DNA of 64,000 nt from Nitrosopumilus sp. (lineage in GTDB: Archaea; Thermoproteota; Nitrososphaeria; Nitrososphaerales; Nitrosopumilaceae). This document shows positions 30,391 to 40,627 of this stretch, in pieces. The stretch lies in contig OZ240211.1 in assembly GCA_965197525.1 (NCBI GenBank), positions 256,001 to 320,000 on the forward strand. The letters run 5' to 3'. Made by a program: the position numbers and the translations under genes. The stretch's first letter is position 1; every line of letters begins with the position of its first letter. The notes beneath the pieces are model-generated. The model searched no databases and was not told the DNA's origin. It worked only from the letters and a program-made list of their open reading frames with translations.

Positions 30391-30753
30391 ACAATATATT
30401 ATAATTTATGTTATAAATATATTAATAACTCTGAACTTTGTTTTCCAATTCAAACATTTCGCATTTTTACGATTAATTTAGTCCGTAAACGGCCCAAGGG
30501 CGGGACATCACAGTTTGGGACGTCCGCCACAATACAGGTAGTCACCGAAGAGCTGCTGCTTACGATGGCGGTCGTGCGCCTCACAGAGGACATGTTCAAG
30601 ATCGAATTCGTGCGTAAACTGCTCCCCCCACATCTAAAATTAATAATTTATTATTCCTTGATGAATTTGCATACATCACTTAAAACACAAGACGTGTCAA
30701 ATTTGGCAGAGATTTGGAACAACGCTTTAAAAGCAAAATTGATTAAATAACGT

Positions 30754-31488
30754 ATGGCAGAAGTAACCCTAGCTGTTGCCGCTTTGGCAGGTTTGGGATC
30801 GTTTGTAGCTCCCTGTATTTTACCCATGATTCCAGCTTTTATAGCATATATTTCAGGCACCACGCTAGCTGACCTAAGTCAGAATAGTGGATCCAAAACA
30901 GTATCAATTAACCGAACAAACATCATCTTAAACTCTGTATTCTTTGTCCTAGGGTTCTCAGTAGTCTTCTCTACGCTCGGTGTCATAATTAACAGCGTAT
31001 TGTACTCTAGTGCAGGCGAGATAGTAGAAGGACTCAATCAGATTGGAGGAATAGTCATTGTTGGATTTGGGGTATTCTTGCTACTATCGATGAAGATAAG
31101 CAAGCTCAATATGGAGAAGAAATTCATTCCAAAGAGAGCCAAAGCAAGCTATCCAATGTCGTTTGTATTCGGACTTGCATTTGCAGTCGGATGGACTCCT
31201 TGTGTAGGACCTATTCTTGGCACCATACTTACACTAGCTGCTACCACACCATCAGTTGCGTTTAATCTACTATTGGTATATTCATTAGGACTAGGCATTC
31301 CATTTATCTTGATTGGAGTATTCTATTCCAGAGCCACAAGAATCATTCGTTCAATGAGCAAGCATCTCAAATATTATAATGTTATTTTAGGTGGATTTAT
31401 CATTGTACTAGGAATCTTGGTATTCACAAATCAACTAGCATACATCGCTAACTTTCCGCTACTAAACGAACTATTATTATTTGGATGA
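30754..31488 (+). CDS. ccdA: cytochrome c biogenesis/DsbD transmembrane protein CcdA
   Basis: SFVAPCILPMIP and GWTPCVGPILG conserved Cys motifs; about 6 TM helices. Confidence 0.94.
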   Translation: MAEVTLAVAALAGLGSFVAPCILPMIPAFIAYISGTTLADLSQNSGSKTVSINRTNIILNSVFFVLGFSVVFSTLGVIINSVLYSSAGEIVEGLNQIGGIVIVGFGVFLLLSMKISKLNMEKKFIPKRAKASYPMSFVFGLAFAVGWTPCVGPILGTILTLAATTPSVAFNLLLVYSLGLGIPFILIGVFYSRATRIIRSMSKHLKYYNVILGGFIIVLGILVFTNQLAYIANFPLLNELLLFG

Positions 31489-31521
31489 TGATGATAAGAT
31501 GAGGAGGAGGACAATAACGCT

Positions 31522-32658
31522 ATGAAAAATGAATTAAAGACGGCAATAATTGCCGGAGTTGCAATAGCTATAGGAATCGGGGTGCTAAGCGCGACGTTTA
31601 CAATACTTGATGAACAAGTGCAACCTGCAATCAATGACTCTATTGACGCTGATGATGATGATGCCAGCGCAAATTCACTTGTCAACATAGACAAATCAAG
31701 ATTCAAAACCGCCCCTGATTTGGTCGGAATAGCTCATTATCTTAACACAACTCCTGAAGAGCTAGAAGAAGAGATTGAAGGTAAAATAGTACTATACGAT
31801 ATATGGACATACAGTTGTATTAACTGTATCAGAACATTACCATACATCACTGCATGGAATGACAAGTATGCAGATCAAGGCCTATTAATCATAGGAATTC
31901 ATTCACCTGAATTTGAGTTTGAGAAAGATCGTACAAATGTGGAGTTGGCAATGGAAAAGTACGGTATAGAATACCCAGTAGTCATGGATAACGACATGGA
32001 GACTTGGAAAGCTTTTGAGAATAGATACTGGCCAAGAAAATACATTGCAGATAACGAAGGATACATCCGCTATGACCATATTGGTGAAGGAGCTTACCAA
32101 GAGACAGAACGAGTGATTCAAGAACTCTTAAAAGAACGATCACTGGCAATGGGTATGCAAACAGCAAGTGCTGATTCTCTTGTCGATATAGAAGAGTTTG
32201 AGCACTCTAGGTTCAGAACCCCAGAACTGTACTTTGGATACGACTTTGCATATAATAGAAACTATTTGGGCAATCCAGAAGGATTCCAACCTGGTAAAAT
32301 AGTATCATATATGCCACCTGAAAGTATTCAGAGGGACAAATTCTATGTAACTGGCGATTGGTTGAACCTAAGTGGCAGTATGAAACTTGTATCAGATAAA
32401 GGTGTAGTTCAGTTAGTGTACGGGGCAAAAGAGGTAAATATTGTAACTGAAGGTACAGGCACCTTGGAGATATTCCTAGATGGTGAACCGCTACCTGAAG
32501 AGCATGCAGGAGTTGATATAACTCCGGGCACCAACACCCTGGAAGCATCAGGTGCAGGGCTATACAACATAATAACAAGCGATGGTAGTGCACAACACGG
32601 ACTAGAAATAAGGATTACAGGTCAGGACTTTCAAATGTTTACATTTACCTTTGGCTAG
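31522..32658 (+). CDS. membrane-anchored redoxin/thioredoxin (DipZ C-terminal-like)
   Basis: DIWTYSCINC, GIHSPEFEFEK, NRYWP, RTPELYFG; follows ccdA. Confidence 0.9.
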   Translation: MKNELKTAIIAGVAIAIGIGVLSATFTILDEQVQPAINDSIDADDDDASANSLVNIDKSRFKTAPDLVGIAHYLNTTPEELEEEIEGKIVLYDIWTYSCINCIRTLPYITAWNDKYADQGLLIIGIHSPEFEFEKDRTNVELAMEKYGIEYPVVMDNDMETWKAFENRYWPRKYIADNEGYIRYDHIGEGAYQETERVIQELLKERSLAMGMQTASADSLVDIEEFEHSRFRTPELYFGYDFAYNRNYLGNPEGFQPGKIVSYMPPESIQRDKFYVTGDWLNLSGSMKLVSDKGVVQLVYGAKEVNIVTEGTGTLEIFLDGEPLPEEHAGVDITPGTNTLEASGAGLYNIITSDGSAQHGLEIRITGQDFQMFTFTFG

Positions 32659-32885
32659 CCACACTGTAAACAACTGCTAGACGATGCAAGATAGATTCGA
32701 TAATGTAGTAGGCATGTTACTGCTATGTGGGATTAATGATATGCACAAAGGAGCGAATCAACATAAATGTCATTTATCACCATGGGGATCATATGTGTCA
32801 CCATATAGACTGTAACTGCAGTTACATCATGTACGGTGACAATTTCCTTTAAAGCAGAGAATGTCAAGACTATGTAAGATTAATT

Positions 32886-33536
32886 ATGATAAGCAACTCT
32901 TGGAATAAGCCAGAAAATGAGAGTATCACCCAAAAAGTACTAGGCAAGGTAAAGCCTGATGAACCGTTAAAGAATCGAATCGACCTAGCACAACGAAAGT
33001 TACAAGCTCAGATCTCAAAACTAGAGGGCATTAATGAAAAACTACGGGTACAGCACGATGCAATATTTGCCAAAATAGTCAACGCTCAAAAAAATCGTAA
33101 ACCAGTCTACGCAAAAGCATATGCAAACGAGTTGGCAAACGTCAGAAAGATGAAAAATATGATAGGCGGTGCAAAATTATCCATGGAGCAAGTCAGACTT
33201 CGACTAGATACTGTATCTGAATTGGGAGACGTTGTAGTTACTCTCAGTCCTTGTATGTCAATCATCAAAGGTCTAAGCCCATCACTTAGTGGAATTATGC
33301 CCGAAGCAAATGCATCTATGCAAGATTTGTCACAAATACTAGGTGATGTGATGTCAGGATCATCAGTAGATAACGCTGACAGTCTAAGCATTGGTGCTGA
33401 GACTGACGCAGATACTATGGCAATCTTAGAAGAAGCACATAATGTTATTGCTGGTCAAACCAAGACTACAATTCCAGATATTCCAGAGAATCTCAAACAT
33501 GAGATAGTGCAAAAAAGAACAAACATCCTGGCTTGA
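32886..33536 (+). CDS. cdvB: ESCRT-III/Snf7-like cell division protein (CdvB paralogue)
   Basis: Coiled-coil Snf7 pattern: AKAYANELANVRKMK...LSMEQVRLRLDTVSELGDVVVTLSPCMSIIKGL. Confidence 0.85.
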   Translation: MISNSWNKPENESITQKVLGKVKPDEPLKNRIDLAQRKLQAQISKLEGINEKLRVQHDAIFAKIVNAQKNRKPVYAKAYANELANVRKMKNMIGGAKLSMEQVRLRLDTVSELGDVVVTLSPCMSIIKGLSPSLSGIMPEANASMQDLSQILGDVMSGSSVDNADSLSIGAETDADTMAILEEAHNVIAGQTKTTIPDIPENLKHEIVQKRTNILA

Positions 33537-33683
33537 TTGTTCGGTATGTGTAGATGATTAGAATTGATTTGCATTATACGAGTTGTACACGTTGCTCTTA
33601 CATTCAGTTTGTATTAGTACTACACTAGTTGATCGAAAACTTGCAAATTAATTCAAATTTCAGCAATATACAGATAAAGTCAA

Positions 33684-33899
33684 TTAACGTGTACGATTTT
33701 GTTTAACTAACAACAGTCTTTGTCTATCTTGGGTTCCTCGTGGATTTGTTCGCAGTACCATCCCACAACAAGGACAGTTAGTTCCGTCCCACGTTATAAA
33801 AATCGCACAGGGTGAGCACCTCTTCTGACCTGATTCATATCTGCTTAGTAACAATGGTTTTTTTGCCTTGTATTTATCGCAAGTGCCTCTACAGCCCAT
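33684..33899 (-). CDS. small Cys-rich (Zn-finger-like) protein
   Basis: CRGTC, KRCSPC, CPCCG motifs in 71 aa. Confidence 0.75.
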   Translation of the reverse strand: MGCRGTCDKYKAKKPLLLSRYESGQKRCSPCAIFITWDGTNCPCCGMVLRTNPRGTQDRQRLLLVKQNRTR

Positions 33900-34141
33900 G
33901 ATTTTAGTATGTATGTCTATTATATCTAGTATTAGATCTATCTTTTTGTTTCACTAAAAATAAAATTATGAAAAATAGAGACAATTTGACATAATCCAAA
34001 TTTACAGCCATGGAAAGATATTCCAAGAATTTGAAATAAACAATCACCAAAACAAAATTTGGTTGCAAAGACATCATAGTTGGTACACCAAGTTGCATCA
34101 ATGATCATCTTCAACTATACCATAATCATATACAAATCTCA

Positions 34142-34489
34142 TTATTGATTACTTGATCTCTTTTTACTCTTTAGAATCAAGACCTTTTTTATTCGAGATA
34201 TAGTAGGATAACTATAACCACGCCTACGATAGTTGGCAATCATCACCTTCCAGTTCTTTAATCTCCACTGAGCTTGTTCTTGTGTAACTGAGTGGACCTC
34301 TCTTTGAATGATGCTTTTTCTACCGACCTTTAGTGTTCCAGCATCCTTTGCAGCCCACCTATTCTTTGCAAATTTCAGCCCGGTAATAATCTCAGATATT
34401 GGCATCTCTTTAAAGTACTCTCCAAGTCTCTTCAACTCTGAATCCGTAGGCTGTTTTGAGACTGGAAGCTCAATAGAGGATTTTGCCAT
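34142..34489 (-). CDS. conserved-looking basic hypothetical protein
   Basis: Natural start MAKSSIELPVSKQPTD at 34489; the longer track version runs into the repeat array. Confidence 0.8.
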   Translation of the reverse strand: MAKSSIELPVSKQPTDSELKRLGEYFKEMPISEIITGLKFAKNRWAAKDAGTLKVGRKSIIQREVHSVTQEQAQWRLKNWKVMIANYRRRGYSYPTISRIKKVLILKSKKRSSNQ

Positions 34490-34617
34490 AAATATAGTAA
34501 TTTGCCATGCCTTAAGAGAATTACTAGTAGAGATGATAATTGTGGTGGTGTTCAAACCAGAATAATGAACTTGTCTGGCATTCATACAAGCAAGATAAAA
34601 TACAACAAACCTTACAC

Positions 34618-34842
34618 TGTTAAAAATTCGGGACATTTGATCCTGCTGTTAAATTCGGGACATGACAAATGGTATATTTCTAGAGTGTTAAATTAGGGAC
34701 ATAAAATTTGATATATTTTATGAGTGTTAAATTTGGGACATAATATGTGGTCTGGAGATTGTTAAATTAGGGAGTTTTCAACAAGGTGCTAAGTTAGGTA
34801 TATGACACCATGTTTGTTTCGAGACTGTTAAGTTAGGGAGTT
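34618..34842. repeat. array of seven ~17-bp direct repeats, consensus TGTTAAATTAGGGACAT
   Basis: Copies start at 34618 (2 extra A), 34647, 34686, 34725, 34760, 34787 (degenerate) and 34826; periods 29, 39, 39, 35, 27, 39; spacers unique. Confidence 0.92.
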
Positions 34843-34928
34843 CGTGTTGTCATCTAGGATTAATTCATTTAATCAAAAAATTACTCAAATGTAACACATT
34901 TAGATGGTTTTATTTTTAAAAATGAGGG

Positions 34929-35096
34929 TTATTTTGCTTCCACCATGTTTAGTCGTTCATTTATTTTTTTCACGTCTTCTTTCAACTCACTAAGTTGTTT
35001 CTTTACGAAAGTCATATCTTCGTCCAATTTACCAAATCGTGTACTAATATCGTTTTTTAACTCTGTAAGGGAGTACAAGAGCTTGTGTTCATCCAT
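34929..35096 (-). CDS. 55-aa coiled-coil protein (not in ORF track)
   Basis: MDEHKLLYSLTELKNDISTRFGKLDEDMTFVKKQLSELKEDVKKINERLNMVEAK; heptad pattern; AT-rich promoter-like region upstream. Confidence 0.65.
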   Translation of the reverse strand: MDEHKLLYSLTELKNDISTRFGKLDEDMTFVKKQLSELKEDVKKINERLNMVEAK

Positions 35097-35330
35097 ATTA
35101 TATAATAAATCATATTGTATATATGTTAAACGTATTATGGTTCTGTCGGGTTAACGGGTGCTGAAAATGCACACGGTTAACTCTTCAAATGGTTTTCCCA
35201 GAATGGGCTGAGTGTTAACTTGGAGTTTCCGGATGCGGTGTATCCTGATGCCATCGGATCTATCATTCCGGATGCGGTGCCTGATTGCAACGTTGTTTTT
35301 CTCAAAGGATGGGTTTGGATACCGCGTTTC

Positions 35331-38300
35331 TCAACTGGTGCTGACAGTGTATGTTTCATCCACACCTGTGGGGACGGCGTCAGTCAGCGGGTTGCCTGCT
35401 GCGTCTGTGATGCCATGGTCTGGAACTAGATCAATGTCGTAGGTGCCGTCCCGGGATACAGAGACTGTGGCTAGGTATTGGCTGCCGGACCCGGTTACTG
35501 ATGTGATGGGACCAGAGTTGGCGCCGTCACCGAGTGTAAGAGTCCAAGAGTTGAGGATCCCAGAGTCCAGATGATAGTTGTCATTCATGCGCAGCTGCCA
35601 GTCGCCGTTAATTGAGACGTCATCGCTGTATCCAAGTGTGTATGTTTCTACAATGTCGTCTGCAGAGCCGCCTGCGCGGTTGTGCAGTGTCATTACTTGG
35701 CCGTCAGGCGAGACGAGTTGCACCAGGAGATCGCCTCTCCACGGATGGGTAATGTCTACTGCAACGGATACTGCAGAGACTGTGCCTGATTCAGAGACTG
35801 TGATGGTGTCTGTCTTGTCTGTGTTGTGGGGCACTATGGCAAGGGATGGCGTACTGGTATACGTAAACGGATTTGAGCCTATTCTGCCCGTGCTGTTTGA
35901 AGACAGGGCAAAGTCGGATGCATCCACGCCGGTCACGTCCTCGCTGAATGTCACGCTGTATATCAGTGTCTGGTTGCCCGTGGTTGCGTTTGACGGGTTG
36001 AACCGCTCAATTGATGAGATTGTTGGGGCTGTGCGATCAACTGTATATGTGTGGTCTGCGCCAGTTGGGACGTGATCTATCAACGGATTGCCTGCGGTAT
36101 CTGTTATGCCGTGCCCGGACGAGGTCAAGTTGAGATTGTATGTACCCTCCTGTACGGCAGAGACTGTTATGTTGTATGTGCTGTTGGAACCTGACAGGTT
36201 GGCTATGGTACCGGTTGTGGTGGAGGAGTTGACTGTAAGCGTCCAGCTGTTCAGGGTGCCGTCGTCTGCTGAGGCATAGTTGTCGTTTATCCGCAAAGTC
36301 CAGGTACCTGCAATTGATACCCCTGTAAAGTCTGGTGTGTATGTCTGGTCTATGTCATTGGCGGAGCCGCCTGAGCGGTTGTGGACTGTCTTGGTTGTAC
36401 CATCAGGTGCAATAAGATCAATCTTGAGATCACCTTTGTACGTGTGGGAGACATCGACTGCAAGCGAGACTGACGTAACAGTGCCAGAGTCTGTAACTGT
36501 AATGGTGTCTGATATGGTGTTGTCGTCTTCAGTTATGTCAATGTCAGGAGAATTCGTCTGTGTGAACTGGTCGAAACTGGTGATGGTACTGCCTGTGGTG
36601 ATGGTACCGCTTGGGGTAATGGTATACATGACAAAGTCAGTAACATCCACACCGGTCACGTCCTCGCTGAACGTCACGTTGTATATCAGCGTCTGGCTGT
36701 TGGTGCTTTCCACAGCAGGATCATGTCTTGCAATCGATGATACAGTTGGTGCGGTGGTGTCAGTGACGTTGGTCTGCCCCACTATCACTTCGACGAAATC
36801 ATAGTAATCGTAATCCGGATATGTGTTGTTTACCTCTACGTAGAGGTGGTAGACAAACGCGTCATCCATGGACAGTCCGTCATCCGTTATGGTATGCGTG
36901 TCGTTGCCTAGGAACCAAATGGAAGGCCCAAATGCTGAATCAATATTGTCTGTCTGGTCAACCACATACCTCGTCGCATCTCCTGAATAATTCCAACCTA
37001 CGGTCGTAGAGTTGTGAGTCGTAGCAGCCCACATGTCAAGTATGCCTGCCTGGCGAACCGTGGCATTTACCAAGTTTGATGGCAGTGACAGGCCGTCTGC
37101 AGTGACAGCCTTTACTTGGTACGAGTATGACGCGCCCGGCTACACGGAACGGTCTATGTACGCTGTATCGGTGCTTTGCGTGTCGTTGACTAGCACGGAT
37201 AGGCCAAAACCAGAGTCGCGCAACACCTGGTAGCCTATAGGAGATCCTAGTGCGGGTTGGTACCACATCAACACCACCTCGGAGTCTGTGACCTTGGCGC
37301 CTAGTTCTGCTGGCTGGAACAGCGCAGCGTTTGTGACGACAATATCGACAACAAAGCTTGCAGTGGCGATATTACCGGAATCATCGGTGGCAGTACAGGT
37401 AACTGTGGTCCTACCTTCCCCAAACGTCGAGCCTGATGGTGGGGAGCACGACATGTCAACATCTGAGTCTGCTAGGTCAGTCACTGACAGGGCATCAAAT
37501 GTCACCACAGTCGAGTTCCCCTGCATCAACGTTTTGTCTATATTTGCAGGGGCGGGATCAAATACCGGTGGCGTGGTATCCTGCACCGTTACTATCTGGG
37601 TGGCAGTAGCCATGATACCAGAGGAGTCAGTGGCAGTCCAGATCACAGTCGTGTTGCCAACATGAAATGATGCCGTGGCGTTGTTGGTTATGGTTATGTT
37701 AGTGTCAGTGTCATGTGTGGCAATAGCGTTTCCTATGTCAACTGTGGTAAGGGAACTGGTAGCCTCGACTGTTACATCAACAGGTGCCGTTATTCTAAGT
37801 GATGACTGAACCACGGTTATGATCTGGGTACGAACCTGAACCGTGTTTGACGGTTCTGACAGTCTTCCTCCTGTACTGACTGATTTGATCTGATAAGAGT
37901 ATGCTGTGTCTGGTTCCACAGCAGAATCCACATATGTTGTCGCAGTACTGCCGGTATCAGTTACGAGTATCCCAAGAGAGCTAGATGTTCCACGCAGTAT
38001 CTGGTAGCCGGTTACTGGATCTGTTGGGGCATGCCAATTAAGAGTTATTGAGTTTGACGTGGATGTTGTCCTGACATTTGTTGGTGCTGTTGGTCCAGAT
38101 ATTATATTTATGTGAACTGTTGCAGGTTCGCTGCTGAGATGACCATCAAATGCACGAAACGTAAAAGAATCCATTCCCACAGCATTATTGTTTGGGGTAT
38201 ACCTATGCTCACTAGAGTTGATGGAAAATCGATCCAGCGTGCCGTTTTTTGGATCGGTCACTATTGAAAATGACAGGATATCATTTTCAGGATCAGAGCC

Positions 38301-40560
38301 AGTCAATGTTATGTCCACCGTTTCACCTGATTGAACAGTCACGGTTTGTGGAGTTGCAGTAGGTTTGAGGGTGACAAAATCCATGCTGTGCATTTTCATA
38401 ATGTTAAATGTTGATGCATACTCCTCGTTCCACAATTTATCAAAGTTTTTGAATGTTCTTGGTTTATCTTCGAGTATCATCATGATCTTATCGCTACCTT
38501 CTGCCATCATATCATGATTGACGTTATCAATGAAATCATGATCAGGGTGTGAAGAATTATCTGTAATGTCCCATAAAGCTGCTGCTACTCTTCCTTCCAC
38601 TGTTTGCCCCACTAGATTTCCATTAAGTATAGTTATAGCAGGGTTATTTATATTCCCAGATAAATCCTCATCATCATCTACAAGTGCAGCTCTCTCTAAA
38701 TCGATATGAGTATCATTATACCATTTGTATACACTAGCATTATCAACTAGACTAGGGACAAAATCCGCCCATCCTTCTGTCCATGCACAACCCTCATTGC
38801 CAGTAGAACCTCCAAAGGTGTGACCACTACAATTGGCGGTTGGAGGAAAGTTTGAACCGTATATACTATTCATAATGTGATGACCGTACTCGTGTAGTAT
38901 TGTAAATCTTCGTTGAGAATCGTCAGAAGTCCCTGGTAGAAGTGGTAAACCGTCAATATATATTGTGTCTAAACTCCGATCGTAAAAACTATCTGTATCG
39001 TCATCGTCCATAGTAAACACTTCAGGATCAGCGCCGCTCTGCCAGTTTACTGGAACTTTGGATATTACAATATTATATTCAGATGAGAAGTGATCATGAG
39101 CGTCTGAAATACTATCTGATATCCAAAGAGCGTTTTGTATATCGCCGTCTTCTGAATCAATCTGGGCGTTTATGAAAAATGCATTAAGATGGCTATTATA
39201 AACTCGATGGAATGATGTACGATACTCACGTTCATCAATATTTTGCACCTTTACATGATCGCCTTCACTGTAAACAGTTGCACGAATACGAAAAACATCC
39301 CCCTCTAAAAGATTAACATAGTTACTCTGAATATAAAAAAACACCATTAGACGAAGTATTACCACATCCTATACCGCTGGCTGTACCAGTACTATTATTA
39401 TATATTCCAATACATACCTTGGCAGAATTAACATAAGTCGTATCTCCTTCACCGAAAGGAATTTGATCGTTACGTACCCAAGTGCTTACTAAAAAAGATG
39501 TGGAATGACTGCGAGATGATGAAGATTGCGTTGATGCCCGTTTTGAAAATTCTTCATCTATCTCAGCATCCGTATGTCCTCCATCACGAAGGATCTGTCG
39601 GAAATCAGTCATATTCAGATTCAGGTGTGCACTCATCTGTTGGACAAAGTCTAGGGACTCCCCAACTCTTTGCTTAGGGTCAATGCCTTCAAAGTATGCT
39701 GCAAAGAATTCGGTGAGTAGATCTAGTGACGGTGGGACGTACCAGGAAGCGTCACCCCAGTCCTCATCATCAACCCAAGATTCAGAATCACTTTGTGTGC
39801 CCTTGGCAGATTTTTGCCCTAATGATGGGTAAAGTTCGGGATATCTAGCCATGCGTTCTGACCACAGCATTGTCTCTTCATCGTCAAGGTATATTCCAAG
39901 GTATCCTCCAGTCCGGTAGTAGGATATACCAGTTATGTGGTAATGTCCTTCATTGACAGCCCTAACTTCAATAGTATACGTCTTTGACTCGTCTGTATCA
40001 AGAGGTGTGAATTCTGTATAGTAGTAACGAAGTATTTCGTTGCCTGTTCTGTCTAACTCAATTTCATACTCAAGTCCACCAGAGTCAACTATCTCAAATC
40101 CAGAAGGTATTGTCCATCCGGTTATAAGATGTATACTGGATCTATTCTCTGTTGTATTGGTAACTGGTAGGCCATTATTAGTGATGTTTATAGTCACTGT
40201 TGCAGTCTCGTTAATATTTGGCAGTCGTGATATGCTTACTTCTGGTATTGTATGGCTTGATGTCCTAGGTGCTGTTTGATCAATCGATCCTACAGGACGT
40301 TCATAGGGTGCGGTCTCATATGACAGTATAAATCCTCTCTGTTTCAAGGGATCGACTGACGATGTAAAGACACATGCCGGTAAACCGCTTGGAGACTGCA
40401 TCAATACCCTATCATCACGGCATTGTATCTCTTCAATCGACACTCCTGATTCAAATTGTGCGTGTGGCGACTGTATGTCATTGGTATCTGCAAGTGCGGA
40501 AGTCATACTTACACTGAGTGTCAGAATTACCAGTATGGTGATTTTTAGTGTAGATGTCAT
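35331..40560 (-). pseudogene. ~1742-aa secreted/surface metalloprotease-adhesin gene broken by one frameshift and one amber codon
   Basis: Track ORFs 39322-40560, 37140-39365 and 35331-37073 join into one frame if the A7 run at 39335-39341 is A6 and TAG 37140-37142 is sense (DRSV*PGASYSYQVK vs intact DSAVEPDTAYSYQIK). Domains: signal peptide, HEYGH + EGWADF zinc-protease motifs, Ig-like, FN3 x2, HYR-like, two proprotein-convertase P-domains. Confidence 0.85.
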
Positions 40561-40601
40561 GTTAGATTAACAAAAACATATGATATAAGACTAGGGATAC
40601 T

Positions 40602-40627
40602 TGGTTCTGTGAAGTTATCGGGAGTTA
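40602..40627 (+). repeat. left terminal inverted repeat
   Basis: tGGTTCTGTGAAGTTATCGGGAGTTA, exact reverse complement of 41865-41890. Confidence 0.97.

Noticed and set aside
34618-34842. Calling the repeat array a CRISPR
   Set aside because: Repeats are ~17 bp and non-palindromic, spacers are only 10-22 bp and irregular, and there is no cas gene in the window. Kept as an unexplained array.
35227-35279. 14-bp direct repeat TTCCGGATGCGGTG (period 39) downstream of the broken protease gene
   Set aside because: Only two copies and unrelated to the nearby array; no function can be supported.
37140-37142. Pyrrolysine or programmed amber read-through
   Set aside because: No pyl genes in the window and Pyl is not an established feature of this lineage. 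The sister FN3 repeat has Glu here, so GAG to TAG is simpler.
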